From positions 15,564,001-15,628,000 of the forward strand of contig NC_058383.1 of assembly GCF_018350175.1 (NCBI RefSeq): DNA of 64,000 bases. The letters are read 5' to 3'. The notes under the pieces are model-generated. The model was not told the origin of the DNA, made no database searches, and saw only the letters and a program-made list of their open reading frames with translations. A program made the position numbers and the translations under genes. Source of the DNA: Felis catus. Lineage: Eukaryota. This document shows positions 37,713 through 49,514 of this stretch, piece after piece; within the stretch, counting starts at the first letter, position 1; each line of letters starts with the position of its first letter.

Positions 37713-39565
37713 AGGGTGCCTGGACGGCTCAGTCGGCTAAGCATCTGAACTCTTGATTTCGGCTCAGGTCATGATCTCACGGTTCATGAGTTCGAGCCCC
37801 TCATCGGGCTGTGCACTTTCAGTGCAGATTTTCTCTCTCCCTCTCTGTTCCTCCCCAACTTGTGCTCTCTCTTGCAAAATAAATAAACTTAAAAAAAAAT
37901 AATAAAGTACAAATCTTCTTTCATAAAATAATGCACATTTTACACACTCTTAGGATACAATTTTTTTAAAAGTGTCAAGGACAGTCACTGAATGTGTAGG
38001 ACTACTAAGTTCTTCAGTAACAGAAACCTCATTAAATATCTATCCGTAGCTATACATACAGATGTAGATATACATGCACATACATATACTAGAGGTCAAG
38101 GGATATAATGGGAAAAAAATGGAACCAGGAGACTTGAGTTCTCATATATCAACATATTACAGGACCTTGAGTAAGCTGGGCTAATATTTTATGGGCTTTC
38201 ATACTGTCTGTCATTTGTAAAATGAGGCAGTTAGAGCCAATGGCTTTAGAACTTCTTTACTATTTCATCTGCTGTCATAGTTTACCATTTCACTCTATAT
38301 CATAAATTCATAAGGTTAATGAGACTTTCCCAAAGCAAAAAACAAAATTCAAGCTAAATAGGAATGAATGGTTTTGATCAATACCCTTGAGCTCCTTACT
38401 AGTAGAGATTACTCAATCAGAAAAACAATGTGTATTTTTTTTTCTTTTTTAATGTTTATTTATTTCTGAAACAGAGAGAGACAGAGAATGAGAGGGGAGG
38501 GGCAGAGAGAGAGGGAGACAGAATGTGAAGCAGGCTCCAGGCTCTGAGATGTCAGCACAGAGCCCGACACAGGGCTCGAACTCACAAACCGTGAGATCAT
38601 GACCTGAGCGAAAGTCGGTCGCTCAACCGACTGAACCACCCAGGTGCCCCAAACAATGTGTATTTTCAACTAGGTAACATTTATTGGAGACTTAGTGTGT
38701 CAGGCACTGTGCTGAACTCTTTTAATTGGATCAGCTTCTTTAATTCTGAAGACGTGCCTATAATAGGTATTACTGTCCCTCAGAATAGACAGAGCTTAAA
38801 GAAATTAGCTTGCTCAAGGTCACAACAGCTAGTAAATCACAAAGCTGAAACGCAAAAAAGGGTGACTCCAAAGTTTATGCTCTTAACCACCATACTATAC
38901 TACCTCCTAATAAATAAAGCATGAGTCAAATACGTTCTTCATTTAATCTCTAACAGGTCCTGATTATTCCCATTCTAATTACAATAGAGAAAATTGCCAT
39001 AGTGACAGCCGACCAAGAAACAATTTCAAATTAATCATGTGAACAGAAAGACTATTTAAAGATTTGCTTTTATTAAAGAGAAGTGCTGTGTTTTTGGTAA
39101 TAAGCAACCTTTCCTTCTTTTTTAAAAAAATGTTTAATGTTTCTTTATTTTGGGGGCAGGGGGAGGCAGAGAGGGAGGGAGACAGAGAATCCAAAGCAGG
39201 CTCCACACTAAGAGAACAAAGCCCAACGTGGGCTTGAACTCGCTAACCGTGAGATGACCTGAGCCAAAGTCAGATGCTCAACGACTAAGCTACCCAGGCA
39301 CCCCAGCAACCTTTTCTTTTAATAAAACAAACAACGCCATTAAATCTGAAAGACAAGCAAAGTTTTTTTTTTTTTTTTAAGTTTATTTATTTATTTTGAG
39401 AGAGACAGAGAGAGCATAGAAGGGGCAGAGAGGGAGAGAAAGACAATCCCAAGCAGGCTCCGCACCGTCAGTGCAGAGCCCAGACTGGGGCTCGAACACA
39501 TGAACTGTGAGATTGCGACCTGAGCCAAAGTCTGAGACTTAACCGACTAAGCCACCCAGGCACTC
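37713..39565. mobile_element. Can-SINEs at ~37713-37900 (+), ~38435-38650 (-), ~39117-39304 (-), ~39363-39565 (-), plus MIR fragments
   Basis: Heads, tails and TSDs (for example aaacaatgtgtatttt). Confidence 0.85.
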
Positions 39566-40464
39566 AAGGCCAGCAAAGATCTTAAGGTGTGATATTATTA
39601 CTCATTTCCCTGCCTTTAGGCAGACAAAAAACCTCCTGACAATTACCCCAGATGGCAGGGTTTGTCCAAGAGAACATCTCTTCAGATAGTATCAGATAGT
39701 TCAGATAGTCTTGTCTCCATCACCATTTCAAATTTACTGCATAACTCTGATTACCAACATAAAGGTTCAAAGACAAAGCTGACAACAGACATTCTTTCTT
39801 GCTTCCAGTTAGGCCACTTCAACTAGCCTGTCTGCTGACTGGTAGAACATGTGTAACTTTGGCAACAATCCTTTTGCGGGGTATACGGCATTTTAAGAAG
39901 TGGATGAAAAAGATAATGTACATACAAATCATGCACCAGAAAATGCCTTCTATGGGTTACTTTCACCCCTCCAAGCACCTAAAGCAAACCTTCTCCTTTA
40001 TATTCTCTATATATTTCTTCAAGATGCAAGCTGTCTCTCAAACTCTCAGAAAACCTCTTTCTTAGATGAATTTAAGCCTAGAAATAGTCAGTTCTGACAA
40101 GATATGGTTAAGTAAGGATATTATCCAAAGCAGAATAAGCCAGAATCCAAAAATTAAAGGCATAAAAAATAAAACATCCAAAAAGACAGCCATTTGGATG
40201 GGAATAAATTTTATAAACAAAACTACCCATTTCAATTTTCTTCATTCCTCCTATAGAGTAATAAACAGGTTTCTCTAACACACAATGTCCTCCAACCAAA
40301 GAGATTTTTGGTTTCATACATTGTGTGACCCTTAAACCCAATTTTGGTTTCAAATATGGGTTGATGTCCACTGAACAACTTACAGAAATTAAAAAGCAGA
40401 GCCCACATGCACTGTGGGTCTACTCTGTATCTCATCTGAGCACAGAAGGAAAAAGGAAAATTAC

Positions 40465-40631
40465 CCTTCTTTGATCCAACCCTGGATGAAGCACTGAAGA
40501 ATTTCTTCACTGTGGTAACCTTGCGGGTCTTCTCATTGGTTTTTTTTTCTTCAAACTTGGAAAATGTGAGGGATTGGGCCCCCTGGCTGCTCTGACTGCT
40601 GGCAAAGGCCTCTTCCTCCTCCCGCTGAAGT
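40465..40631 (-). CDS. RABGEF1: RABGEF1 exon 3 (MIU end, membrane-binding region)
   Basis: Acceptor ttgcag|A and donor G|GTAATT. 167 nt, (R)LQREEEEAFASSQSSQGAQSLTFSKFEEKKTNEKTRKVTTVKKFFSASSRVGSKK. Phases match both neighbours. Confidence 0.98.
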
Positions 40632-41467
40632 CTGCAATTCAAGAGAGATTAAGAATGAGCCAGACATCCTCCAAGTTTTCCTTGTATCTGAAGCTATTAC
40701 TCAATGAATTGCAGGGAGATCTTGAATTTTTAGAAATGGAGGCTAAACATATCAAATAGGTCTGAAGTGCCTGAATGAAACTATCCCACACACTCCTAGA
40801 CTTCAAAAGGAACCTTCTCCATAGATCATATTCATTTACCAATATACTAAGGTTACATAAAAGGAACTCTAGTCCTTTTCCCTAACAAGCTCAAGGTTGA
40901 AAAGGAAAAAGATAAGTATATAATGTGATAGTTCCTACAGTAGAGAGTAAAACCTAATTGCTATGAGAACATAGGAAAGAACAACTTAAACTGCTGGAGG
41001 AGACAAAGAAGGTTTTACAGTGGTGCTATTTACACCGGTCTTAAGAGATGAATAGGGTTCCACTGAGTGAAAGGGCATTCCAGGAAGAGGGAACTACAAA
41101 TGTGAAGGCATATGGTTTCCTTTGCAGATCAAGATCAGCATAGTCACCGGTGTGACCAGGTGGTTAAGAAACCTTGACTACTGAGCCCATTATAATCCTA
41201 GATTTTATCATGTAGTGGGGAACCAAGAAAAACTGTAAATCCAATAAATGACCATCATCAGATCTGTACTTTAAAAAAATAATGCAGGTTGCTATGTGAT
41301 AACTTGAGGGGCAATAATTAAGAATATATTATACAAAGATTTAAGTGAGAAAATATAGATCTGGAAACTAAGAAAGGATGAAATTCAAGAAACTTCTTTG
41401 AGCTGGAATAAATTCTATTTATTGGTCAGATAAGTGGTGTAAAGGAGAAATTAAGAATGACTCCCAA

Positions 41468-42127
41468 AGAAACGGGAACCCTCTTGCACTGTTGGTGGGA
41501 ATGCAAATTGGTGCAGCCGCTCTGCAAAACAGTGTGGAGGTTCCTCAAAAAATTAAAAATAGACCTACCCTATGACCCAGCAATAGCACTGCTAGGAATT
41601 TACCCAAGGGATACAGGAATACTGATGCATAGGGCCACTTGTACCCCAATGTTTATAGCAGCACTCTCAACAATAGCCAAATGATGGAAAGAGCCTAAAT
41701 GTCCATCCACTGATGAATGGATAAAGAAATTGTGGTTTATATACACAATGGAGTACTACGTGGCAATGAGAAAGAATGAAATATGGCCCTTTATAGCAAC
41801 ATGGATGGAACTGGAGAGTGTTATGCTAAGTGAAATAAGCCATACAGAGAAAGACAGATACCATATGGTTTCACTCTTATGTGGATCCTGAGAAACTTAA
41901 CAGAAACCCATGGGGGAGGGGAAGGAAAAAAAAAAAAGAGGTTAGAGTGGGAGAGAGCCAAAGCATAAGAGACTCTTAAAAACTGAGAATAAACTGAGGG
42001 TTGATGGGGGGTGGGAGGGAGGGGAGGGTGGGTGATGGGTATTGAGGAGAGCACCTTTTGGGATGAGCACTGGGTGTTGTATGGAAACCAATTTGACAAT
42101 AAACTCCATATATTGAAAAAAAAAGAA
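41468..42127 (+). mobile_element. Young, 5'-truncated felid L1 (ORF2 C-terminus, 3' UTR and A-tail)
   Basis: Translates [14 protein letters not shown]...YDPAIALLGIYP...WKEPKCPSTDEWIKK with one internal stop. Perfect 15-bp TSD aagaatgactcccaa at 41453-41467 and 42128-42142. Confidence 0.95.
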
Positions 42128-42304
42128 AAGAATGACTCCCAATATTTTTTAGCTAACTGAATAAAACAGTGATGTCATTAACTGATACAGAAGAAGGGTA
42201 GGAGCAAATGTTGGGATTGAGTAAATAGAAGAAATAAATTTGACCTTGGACCAGGTCCAACGTATTTGAGTTATTTATAATAAATCTAAAGAGCTATCTA
42301 TAGA

Positions 42305-42475
42305 ACAATGGTTCTATATGTTGAGCCCAGCAGCATCACCTGGGAACTTGCTAGAAATGCAAATTCCCAGACCTCACTCCCACCCTACTAAAGTCAGAGA
42401 CTCCAAAATGAGGTCCAGTGATCCCTGTTTTGATAAGTGATTCTCATGCTTGTTCAAATTTGAAAAGGAGTGCTG
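42305..42475. mobile_element. MER5A-like MITE
   Basis: cagcagcatcacctgggaacttgctagaaatgcaaattc. Confidence 0.7.
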
Positions 42476-43172
42476 TAATAAGACTCAAGCAAGGTCATAA
42501 ACGGAAGCAGAAAAAAATAGCCATGAAGTCATAGGTAGAAGTGTTAGTCAGAGAATGGAATAAGGACACACCTCTCTCCGAGACAAAACAGAAGTCAGCA
42601 TCAAGATAGGAGTACATTTTGCTGTGGAGAGGGGAGAAAGCTGCTTTCTTCATGAAACAGGATCAGCTACTGAGATGTTCAGGAGTGCAGTGGGAAATCT
42701 GAGCAAATACTTAATGTTCTATGTCTATCTTTTCTCTTTTGGACCATAGAGTTACTGAAAGCAGTGAGTATGCATTATAATTCTCCAAGTTCACCACAGA
42801 TGCTAGAAAAGTAGTCACTCAACAAATATGGATGATTAGGTATTAAAAAACTAGCAAAAGATGTCAGAGTTCAGTCTGACGTTCTTTTATGGAGAATTTT
42901 TACTGTTTCTAGGATGTTTTGGCAAGAGATTAACATCATTCATGGCATTTTATTCATCTCTATACTCACCAGCCATTCCATCTTTTAGTTTTTATCATAA
43001 TCATATTTCTGGATAATATAAACTACTTTGGACTAACAAACCTCATTTTTAAGAAACAGTTAAATTTCCAAAATGCACACGCTCTATATACAAATCAAAA
43101 AAGTTTTTACTATTATGTGTTTATCACCATGGCAGGAGCTATGCTGGATGTATTTTAAGAATGAAAAAACTG

Positions 43173-44460
43173 AGGGGCATCTGGGTGGTTCAGTCTGTTG
43201 GGCGTCCGACTTCGTCTCAGGTCATGATCTCAGTCTGTGAGTTTGAGCCCCGTGTCAGGCTCTGTGCTGACAGCTCAGAGCCTGAAGCCTGCTTCAGATT
43301 CTGTGTCTCCCTCTCTCTCTGCCCCTCCCCTGCTCATACTCTGTCTCTGACTCAAAAATAAACAAAAATATTTTTAAAAAAATTTAAAAAAAAAGAATGA
43401 AAAAAATGATGCCTGATGAGAGCCATGTGCTTGGTACATCAGCTAGACTACTGCATTTAATGTTCACCATGAAATCTGTGTATCTCCATTCTTCTTCTCC
43501 TCTGAGAAGTCTATTTTATCTATCTAAAAGAACTCAGTCTAACTCACTCTAAACACAAAATAATTACAAGACAAAGATAAAATGAAGAAATCACTGAAAG
43601 CTATTCATTAAATGTTGACTGAGAAGAAGAAGAGAAAAAATTCACTTCTAATACTAAGCTGACTTGCTGATAGCTCACAACAGGGGAGAAAAATGGATTT
43701 TGACAATGACTGAGCTATATCTCTAACTGTATCCCTGTTAAACCACCCCTAGGTAAGTCCTTTTACCGCTCTGCCAGTTCCCAATCCTCCTGAATCTGCT
43801 TCTGCCTGGCTTTGTGGTACTCTTCCCTCCAGCACTTGGAGCAGAAACCCTGCCAAGCAGGGTTGCCATAGTAACCACATCCTTTCTTGCATAGGAGCTC
43901 CGACTGATCCACGTGAATTCCACGGCGTTCAGACTTCAGGCTCATCTTCTTTCTGCTAATCAAGTATAAACAAGAAAGTGTTGTTGCACTATCATTCTTC
44001 TATCAGCACAGGAATTGAGAACAAAAATGTGAGCGAGTCCATAATCTTCAAGCTATTAGGGAGGGAAGGAAGGCTGTGAGGGAAGGAAAGAGTTTAAATA
44101 CAGCAAGTTCCTGGGACACAAGGCTGCCTCAATTAGTAGACCATGCAACTCTTGATCTTGGGTTTATGGACTTGAACCCCACACTGGGTGCAGAGATTAT
44201 TTAAAGTAAAAATCTTGGGGCGCCTGGGTGGCGCAGTCGGTTGAGCGCCCGACTTCAGCCAGGTCACGATCTCGCGGTCCGTGAGTTCGAGCCCCGCGTC
44301 GGGCTCTGGGCTGATGGCTCAGAGCCTAGAGCCTGGAGCCTGTTTCCGATTCTGTGTCTCCCTCTCTCTCTGCCCCTCCCCCATTCATGGTCTGTCTCTC
44401 TCTGTCCCAAAAATAAATAAACGTTGGAAAAAAAAAAATAAATAAAATAAAATAAAATAA
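43173..44460 (+). mobile_element. Can-SINEs flanking exon 2: ~43173-43393, a short type at ~44110-44215, and a young SINEC_Fc type at 44217-44460 inserted in its tail
   Basis: Heads and tails; TSDs aagaatgaaaaaa and aaaaatctt. Confidence 0.9.
43767..43945 (-). CDS. RABGEF1: RABGEF1 first constitutive coding exon (exon 2), aa 1-60: A20-type zinc finger and start of MIU
   Basis: ATG at 43945-43943. Translates [60 protein letters not shown], with zinc ligands C19/C23/C35/C38, Y25/Y26 and A58 intact. Donor CG|GTAAAA at 43766; acceptor ...ttgattagcag just upstream. 179 nt coding. Confidence 0.98.
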
Positions 44461-44549
44461 AAATCTTAAAAAAAAAGCAAACAAGTTCTTGACACAGTCA
44501 TACAAAAGAAAACATTTCTTATTTCCCTCTCAATAATACATAGAACACT

Positions 44550-45245
44550 TTAAGAAAGAACTAATATTGGATTAAAGGCCTAAATGTAACACTTGAAACT
44601 ATAAAACACCTAGAAGAAACCAGAGGGAAAAAACTTCATGACATTGGATTTGACAATAGTTTCTTGGCTATGACACCAAAAACAGCACAAGCCACAAAAG
44701 GAAAACCAGACAAATGTGACTGTATCAAACCTAAAATGTTCTGCATGGAAAAGTAAACAGCCCACAGAGTGAGAAGGCAACCTGTATGGAATGAGAGAAA
44801 ATATTTGCAAGCCATGTATCTGCTAAGGGATTAATATTCAGAATATATAAAGAATTCCTATAGCTCAACAACAACAAAAACAAATAGTCTAATGAAAAAT
44901 TAGCAAAGGACTTGAATAGATAATTCTCCAAGGAAGATATACAAATATCCAACTAACATGTGAAAAGATGCTCAACATCACTAATCAGGGAAATGCATAT
45001 CGAAACCACAATGAGATACCACTTCACATCCAGTAGGATGGCTATGATGAAAAAAAAAAAAGTCAGATAATAACAAGTGTTAGCAAGGATGTTGAGAACG
45101 CTCATATAGGGCTGCCTGGAATGTAAAACAGTGCAGTTGCTTTTGGAAACAGTCTGACAGCTCCTCAAGCAATTAAACAGAGAGTTACCATATGACCCAG
45201 CAATTCCACTCCAAGGTATCTGTGTGTGTGTGTGTGTGTGTGTGT

Positions 45246-45282
<37 letters not shown>

Positions 45283-45745
45283 ATGAAAACATATGTCCAC
45301 ACAGAAACTTGTACACAAGTGTTTAAAACATTATCCATAATAGCCAAAAGGGGATGAACGATAAAGAAATTGTAGTATATCGATACAATGGAGTATTTGA
45401 CCATAAAAAGGAATTAAATACTGATACATGTCACAACACGATCAACCTTGAAAACATTTTGCTAAGTGAAAGAATCCAGTCATAAAAGGCCACGTATTAT
45501 ATAATCCCCTTCATATGAATGTTCAGTATGGGGAAATCTACAGAGACAGAAAATAGATTACAGTTGCTTAGGACTAAGGGGGAGAGGGTGGGAATAAAGG
45601 AGATAGCTGAAGAGTATGAGGTTTCTTTTTGAGAGGATGAAAATGTTCTCAAGTTGGATGTCATGATGGTTGCCACTGAACTGTTTAACCTTTAAATGGG
45701 TGAATTCTATGGTATGTGAATTATACTTCAATAAAGTTGTTTTTA
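44550..45745 (+). mobile_element. Older L1 (L1MA/MB-like) ORF2 end and 3' UTR
   Basis: tggattaaaggcctaaatgtaa, gaaaagatgctcaacatcactaatcaggg, catatgacccagcaattccact, and a 3' end gtgaattatacttcaataaag. Confidence 0.85.
45221..45280. repeat. (TG)13-TA-(CA)15 palindromic microsatellite
   Basis: Read directly from the sequence. Confidence 0.95.
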
Positions 45746-45750
45746 AAATA

Positions 45751-46521
45751 CATATCTTGGAGATATTGCAGGTTGAGGCCCAGACCACACAATAACACAA
45801 ATGTCACAATAAAGTGAGTCAAATAAATTTTTTGGTTTCCCAGTGCATATATAAGTTAGGTTTACACTATACTGTAGTCCATTTAGTGTTCAATTCTAAA
45901 AATTAAAAATGCAAATTTGACACTGAGATAAGGTTACAGGTAAATTAGAATATACCAGTTTTATGGATTGGAGAGGAAGTGTGAAAAACAGCAAAGAAAC
46001 AAAGTCCTAGAAATTGAAGTAGGAGCAACGTTTTTATCAGAGTTTTAGCTATAACAAAGTATAAAACTGTAGGATTTAAGCTTTATGTGGTAAATAACAT
46101 GGCATTCATATGTAAAATGTTCAGTATCTGAGTGGTAGTTTTACTGACGTATAGTTATTTTAATTGTAGACTTAAAATTGCTGCATTTTATGTACTTAAA
46201 GTAATTCTTAACACAAAAAATAATAAAAATTAAAATTAAAAATGCTTTATTGCTAAAAAATGCGAACTACCATCTGAGGTTTCAGTGAATTGTAATCACT
46301 GATCATAGATACCATAACAAATAATAATGAAAACGTTCGAAATATTGCCAGAATTACCAGATTTTGTGACACAGAAACACGGAAGTGAGCAAATGCTGTT
46401 GGCAAAATGGCGTGGACAGATTTGCTCAATGCAGGGTTGCCACACAAACCTTCAATTTGTGAAAAAATGCGGTATCTGTGAAGCTCAATAAAGCAAAGTG
46501 CAATAAAGCAAGGTATGCCTG
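45751..46521 (-). mobile_element. Internally deleted Tigger1 derivative, split by a 319-bp insertion
   Basis: Both Tigger1 ends are present (ggagatattgcagg..ccagaccac and ..gcaataaagcaaggtatgcctg|ta), with TA flanks. Confidence 0.85.
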
Positions 46522-46539
46522 TAAAACTCAACAGAGGAG

Positions 46540-46892
46540 GGCAGGATGGAAGTCACGGAGATTCAATATTGGCTTTGAAGGTGGAGCGACTATAAGCCAA
46601 GGGATGTGGGTGGCTTCTAGAAGCTGAGAATGACCTCAGTCCTATAACCAAAATGAACTAAATTCTGCCAGCATGAGTATGTCTGGAAGCAGATTTTCCC
46701 CACACCCTCTAGAAAAGAGCCCAGGCTGGCTGACTCCTTTATTTTGACCTCTTGAGATCCTTAACAGAATACGAGTACCCAGCTGAGCCAGGCAGGACTT
46801 CTGCTTTACAGAATTTGGGGATAATAAATGGGTATTGTTTTAAGCTGCTAAATTTGTGGTGATTTGTTATGGCAACAACAGAAAACTAACAG
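46540..46892 (+). mobile_element. MLT1 (MaLR) LTR fragment
   Basis: gcttctagaagctgagaatgac and ttttaagctgctaaatttgtggtgatttgttatggcaacaacagaaaactaa. Confidence 0.8.
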
Positions 46893-47135
46893 GCCTCTTT
46901 TCCACATCTCTTTTTGGGAGCCTTTGCACATGTGTTCTAATGCTGCCCAGGGCTGTGTGCCCTGCTGTGCACATGGTGATTATTCTCTCCTACTGTAGGT
47001 CTTAGCTTTCACATCGCACTGTCAGGAAGACCTTCCCTGGTTACTCTATCTAAAGTAGTACCTCCCCCAAATCCCCAACTCTCACCTCCACGCTGGCATT
47101 ATTTCTCTATATCCTACCTATATTGAACAAGGCGG

Positions 47136-47706
47136 GGTAAGGAAAGAGTTAACCAAGCAGGCCTGAGTTGCTCAAAAATCGTGCACATTCTCAGAAGGGC
47201 CTGCTTGTGTACTGGCTCATGGTCAGCTTCTGGGAATGGAAGTCTTTATGTCTTTATGTCATGAGTGTCATTATGTTTTGTATGCTTGGAGCTTTGAACC
47301 ACACTTTAGACAGTCTGCGCAAATAGTGTGGTGTATGGTGAACACCTGCTTTCATTCTGGGGGGTCTGGAGTTGCATTAACTGTGGTCATACTGTGAAGG
47401 CACTTGTGCCTATGTGACCAAACTTCAATGAAAACCCTGGAATTCAAGGCATAAGTGAGTTTCGTTAACAGAAAATACCTCACATGCGTTGCTACAATTT
47501 GTTGCTGGGGGATCAAATGCACCACTGGGAGAAGACTCATGAGAAGACTCAGGCCTGGTATCCTCCAAACTCTGCTCAGTGCACTGTTTTCCTTTATTGG
47601 TCCTGTTTTGTATCCTCTCACCTGGCTATAAAACATCACCAGGAGAACAGTTCTATGAATCCCATCAAATTACCAAACTTGGGGGGAGTGCTGGGGACTA
47701 GTGACA
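47136..47706 (+). mobile_element. MER68-like solo LTR (ERVL)
   Basis: gaaagagttaaccaagcaggcctgag..agaagggcctgcttg matches the MER68 5' end. The element ends gggactagtgaca. Confidence 0.7.
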
Positions 47707-49514
47707 TAGGGTATGATTATAAAGGGGTGGCATGAGGGAGCTCTTAGTGGTTACAGAATAGTCCCCTATCTTGACCGTGACACAAAACTGCTATACACAC
47801 ACACATGGCAGATGTCACTTTCTTGGTTCTGAGAGTATACTATAGTTATGTAAAATGTAGCCTTTGGGGAAAACTGGGCAAAGAGTACATAGGGCCTCTC
47901 TGTATTATCTTTGCAACTTCCTGTTACTCTGTCATTTCGAATTAGAGAGGTTTAAAAAATTCCACTTAAATTTTAAATGACAACACGTATGACTGAACCA
48001 CTGTATATGAGACAGTTAAACAGTGATAACTCAGGTTATTTCTAAATATGGACAACAAAGAGAGCAAGTGAACTACCAGAAGTGCATGCCATGATTTGAA
48101 AGGCTATGTAGAGGTGATGATAGCTCTGTTTCAGTGGGGCAAAGCAGGTACAGTCAACACACCTACATTAGACATCAGAGACATATAAACAGCATATCCC
48201 CTTCAGTTAGGGAGAAACATACGGGGATCAACTGCCTGAGACTCCATTCTGTCTTTCCTGCACCGAAAGACCTCTCTCTCCCTAATCAGTGGAGCCATAA
48301 TCCAGAGGCAAGCTGCCACCACCACTGCACCGAAGAGGAAGGCCAGAGGGACATATCCAGATCCTGTTTGAGCACTGCACTCAAATAAGCAGGCTTTTAT
48401 TGAGCAACCTGGGCATAAAAAATGCATAATTCAATTGGCCCACTACATTAGAGAAGACAGAGTAAAAATGATCTCTACTGCTGAGACAATGGAGAGCCCT
48501 GTGAGTTCTGCCCCCAGGCTAGTATTCAATCTGGGTTGAGGTACACTAAAAAAAAGGACAGAGGAGTACAAATCCCAGAGTTAGGTGTGTTCTTCCTTAA
48601 GACTCTGCATAAAGCCAGATTGATCTCATAAAATCAGCAAAAACAAAAAAACATTTTGTGGATCTGAGTAGCTTCCCACTATTTTCCTTATGAGAGTCCT
48701 ACTTCCTGTTCTTGGGTTCAGTGCTATGTTCTCATAGTTCAGTTCCTCTAGGCCGCAATTTACAAGAAACTTCCAATCAACTCTACTAAAATGATACACT
48801 GTCCTTTGACCTCAGTTAAGAAATAAAACTAATAGCTAAGCTTTTTTCCTGAAATTTGATTTTCTCCACTTATGGAAGTATAAGATGCTTACTCTATAAA
48901 ACCTGATATATATAGACAAGTAGAAAATAAAGTAGAAAGAAAGTCAAAACATCACCCAGAGACATTCACTATATTCTTGTAGTGCTTTCTTGACTCATCA
49001 CTCAGTTATTTAACAAATAATTATACACTGATTTACACTCTATGACAGGCACTTTACAAAAGTAAAAGTGAAGTTTCAGTCATTTTGGCACCAGCTATGT
49101 AGTATGGGAAATACAACTATATATCTAGAAGGCCTGAAAGAAGAATTTAAAACACTATGAACAATGAGGAAATAATTAATTTTAGAATTACAAAATCACA
49201 CAAAAATTTGTATTTATGTAAAACAAGCTAAATATGTGTAAATGAAATCTATGGAACTCTTAAAATAGTCTAACAATAACAAGTTTGTAAATATAAAAAG
49301 ATCCCATTCACAATAGTATCAAAATGTAAAACCACCCAGGAAATACTTTAATAGTAAAATTACGTGATTTACAATAAATATTGAGAACTAAAAAAAGCTA
49401 AAGTAGCTGGTAAGGTAAGGCATACCAATTTTTACTGAGGAAATTAAATATATAAATGGCAAATGTTTAAAACATTTCAAGTTTACTACAAATGACAATA
49501 AAATCTCAAAAGAC

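Noticed and set aside
40232..40464. Exon 3 frame stays open for about 77 codons into intron 3
   Set aside because: The chance is about 2.5% per site under uniform codon usage, there is no nearby AATAAA, and the peptide is unrecognisable.
48223..48408. Possible 186-nt cassette exon in intron 1 (ttttttatgcccag| ... CCC|GTATGT)
   Set aside because: The donor is weak and there is no independent support.
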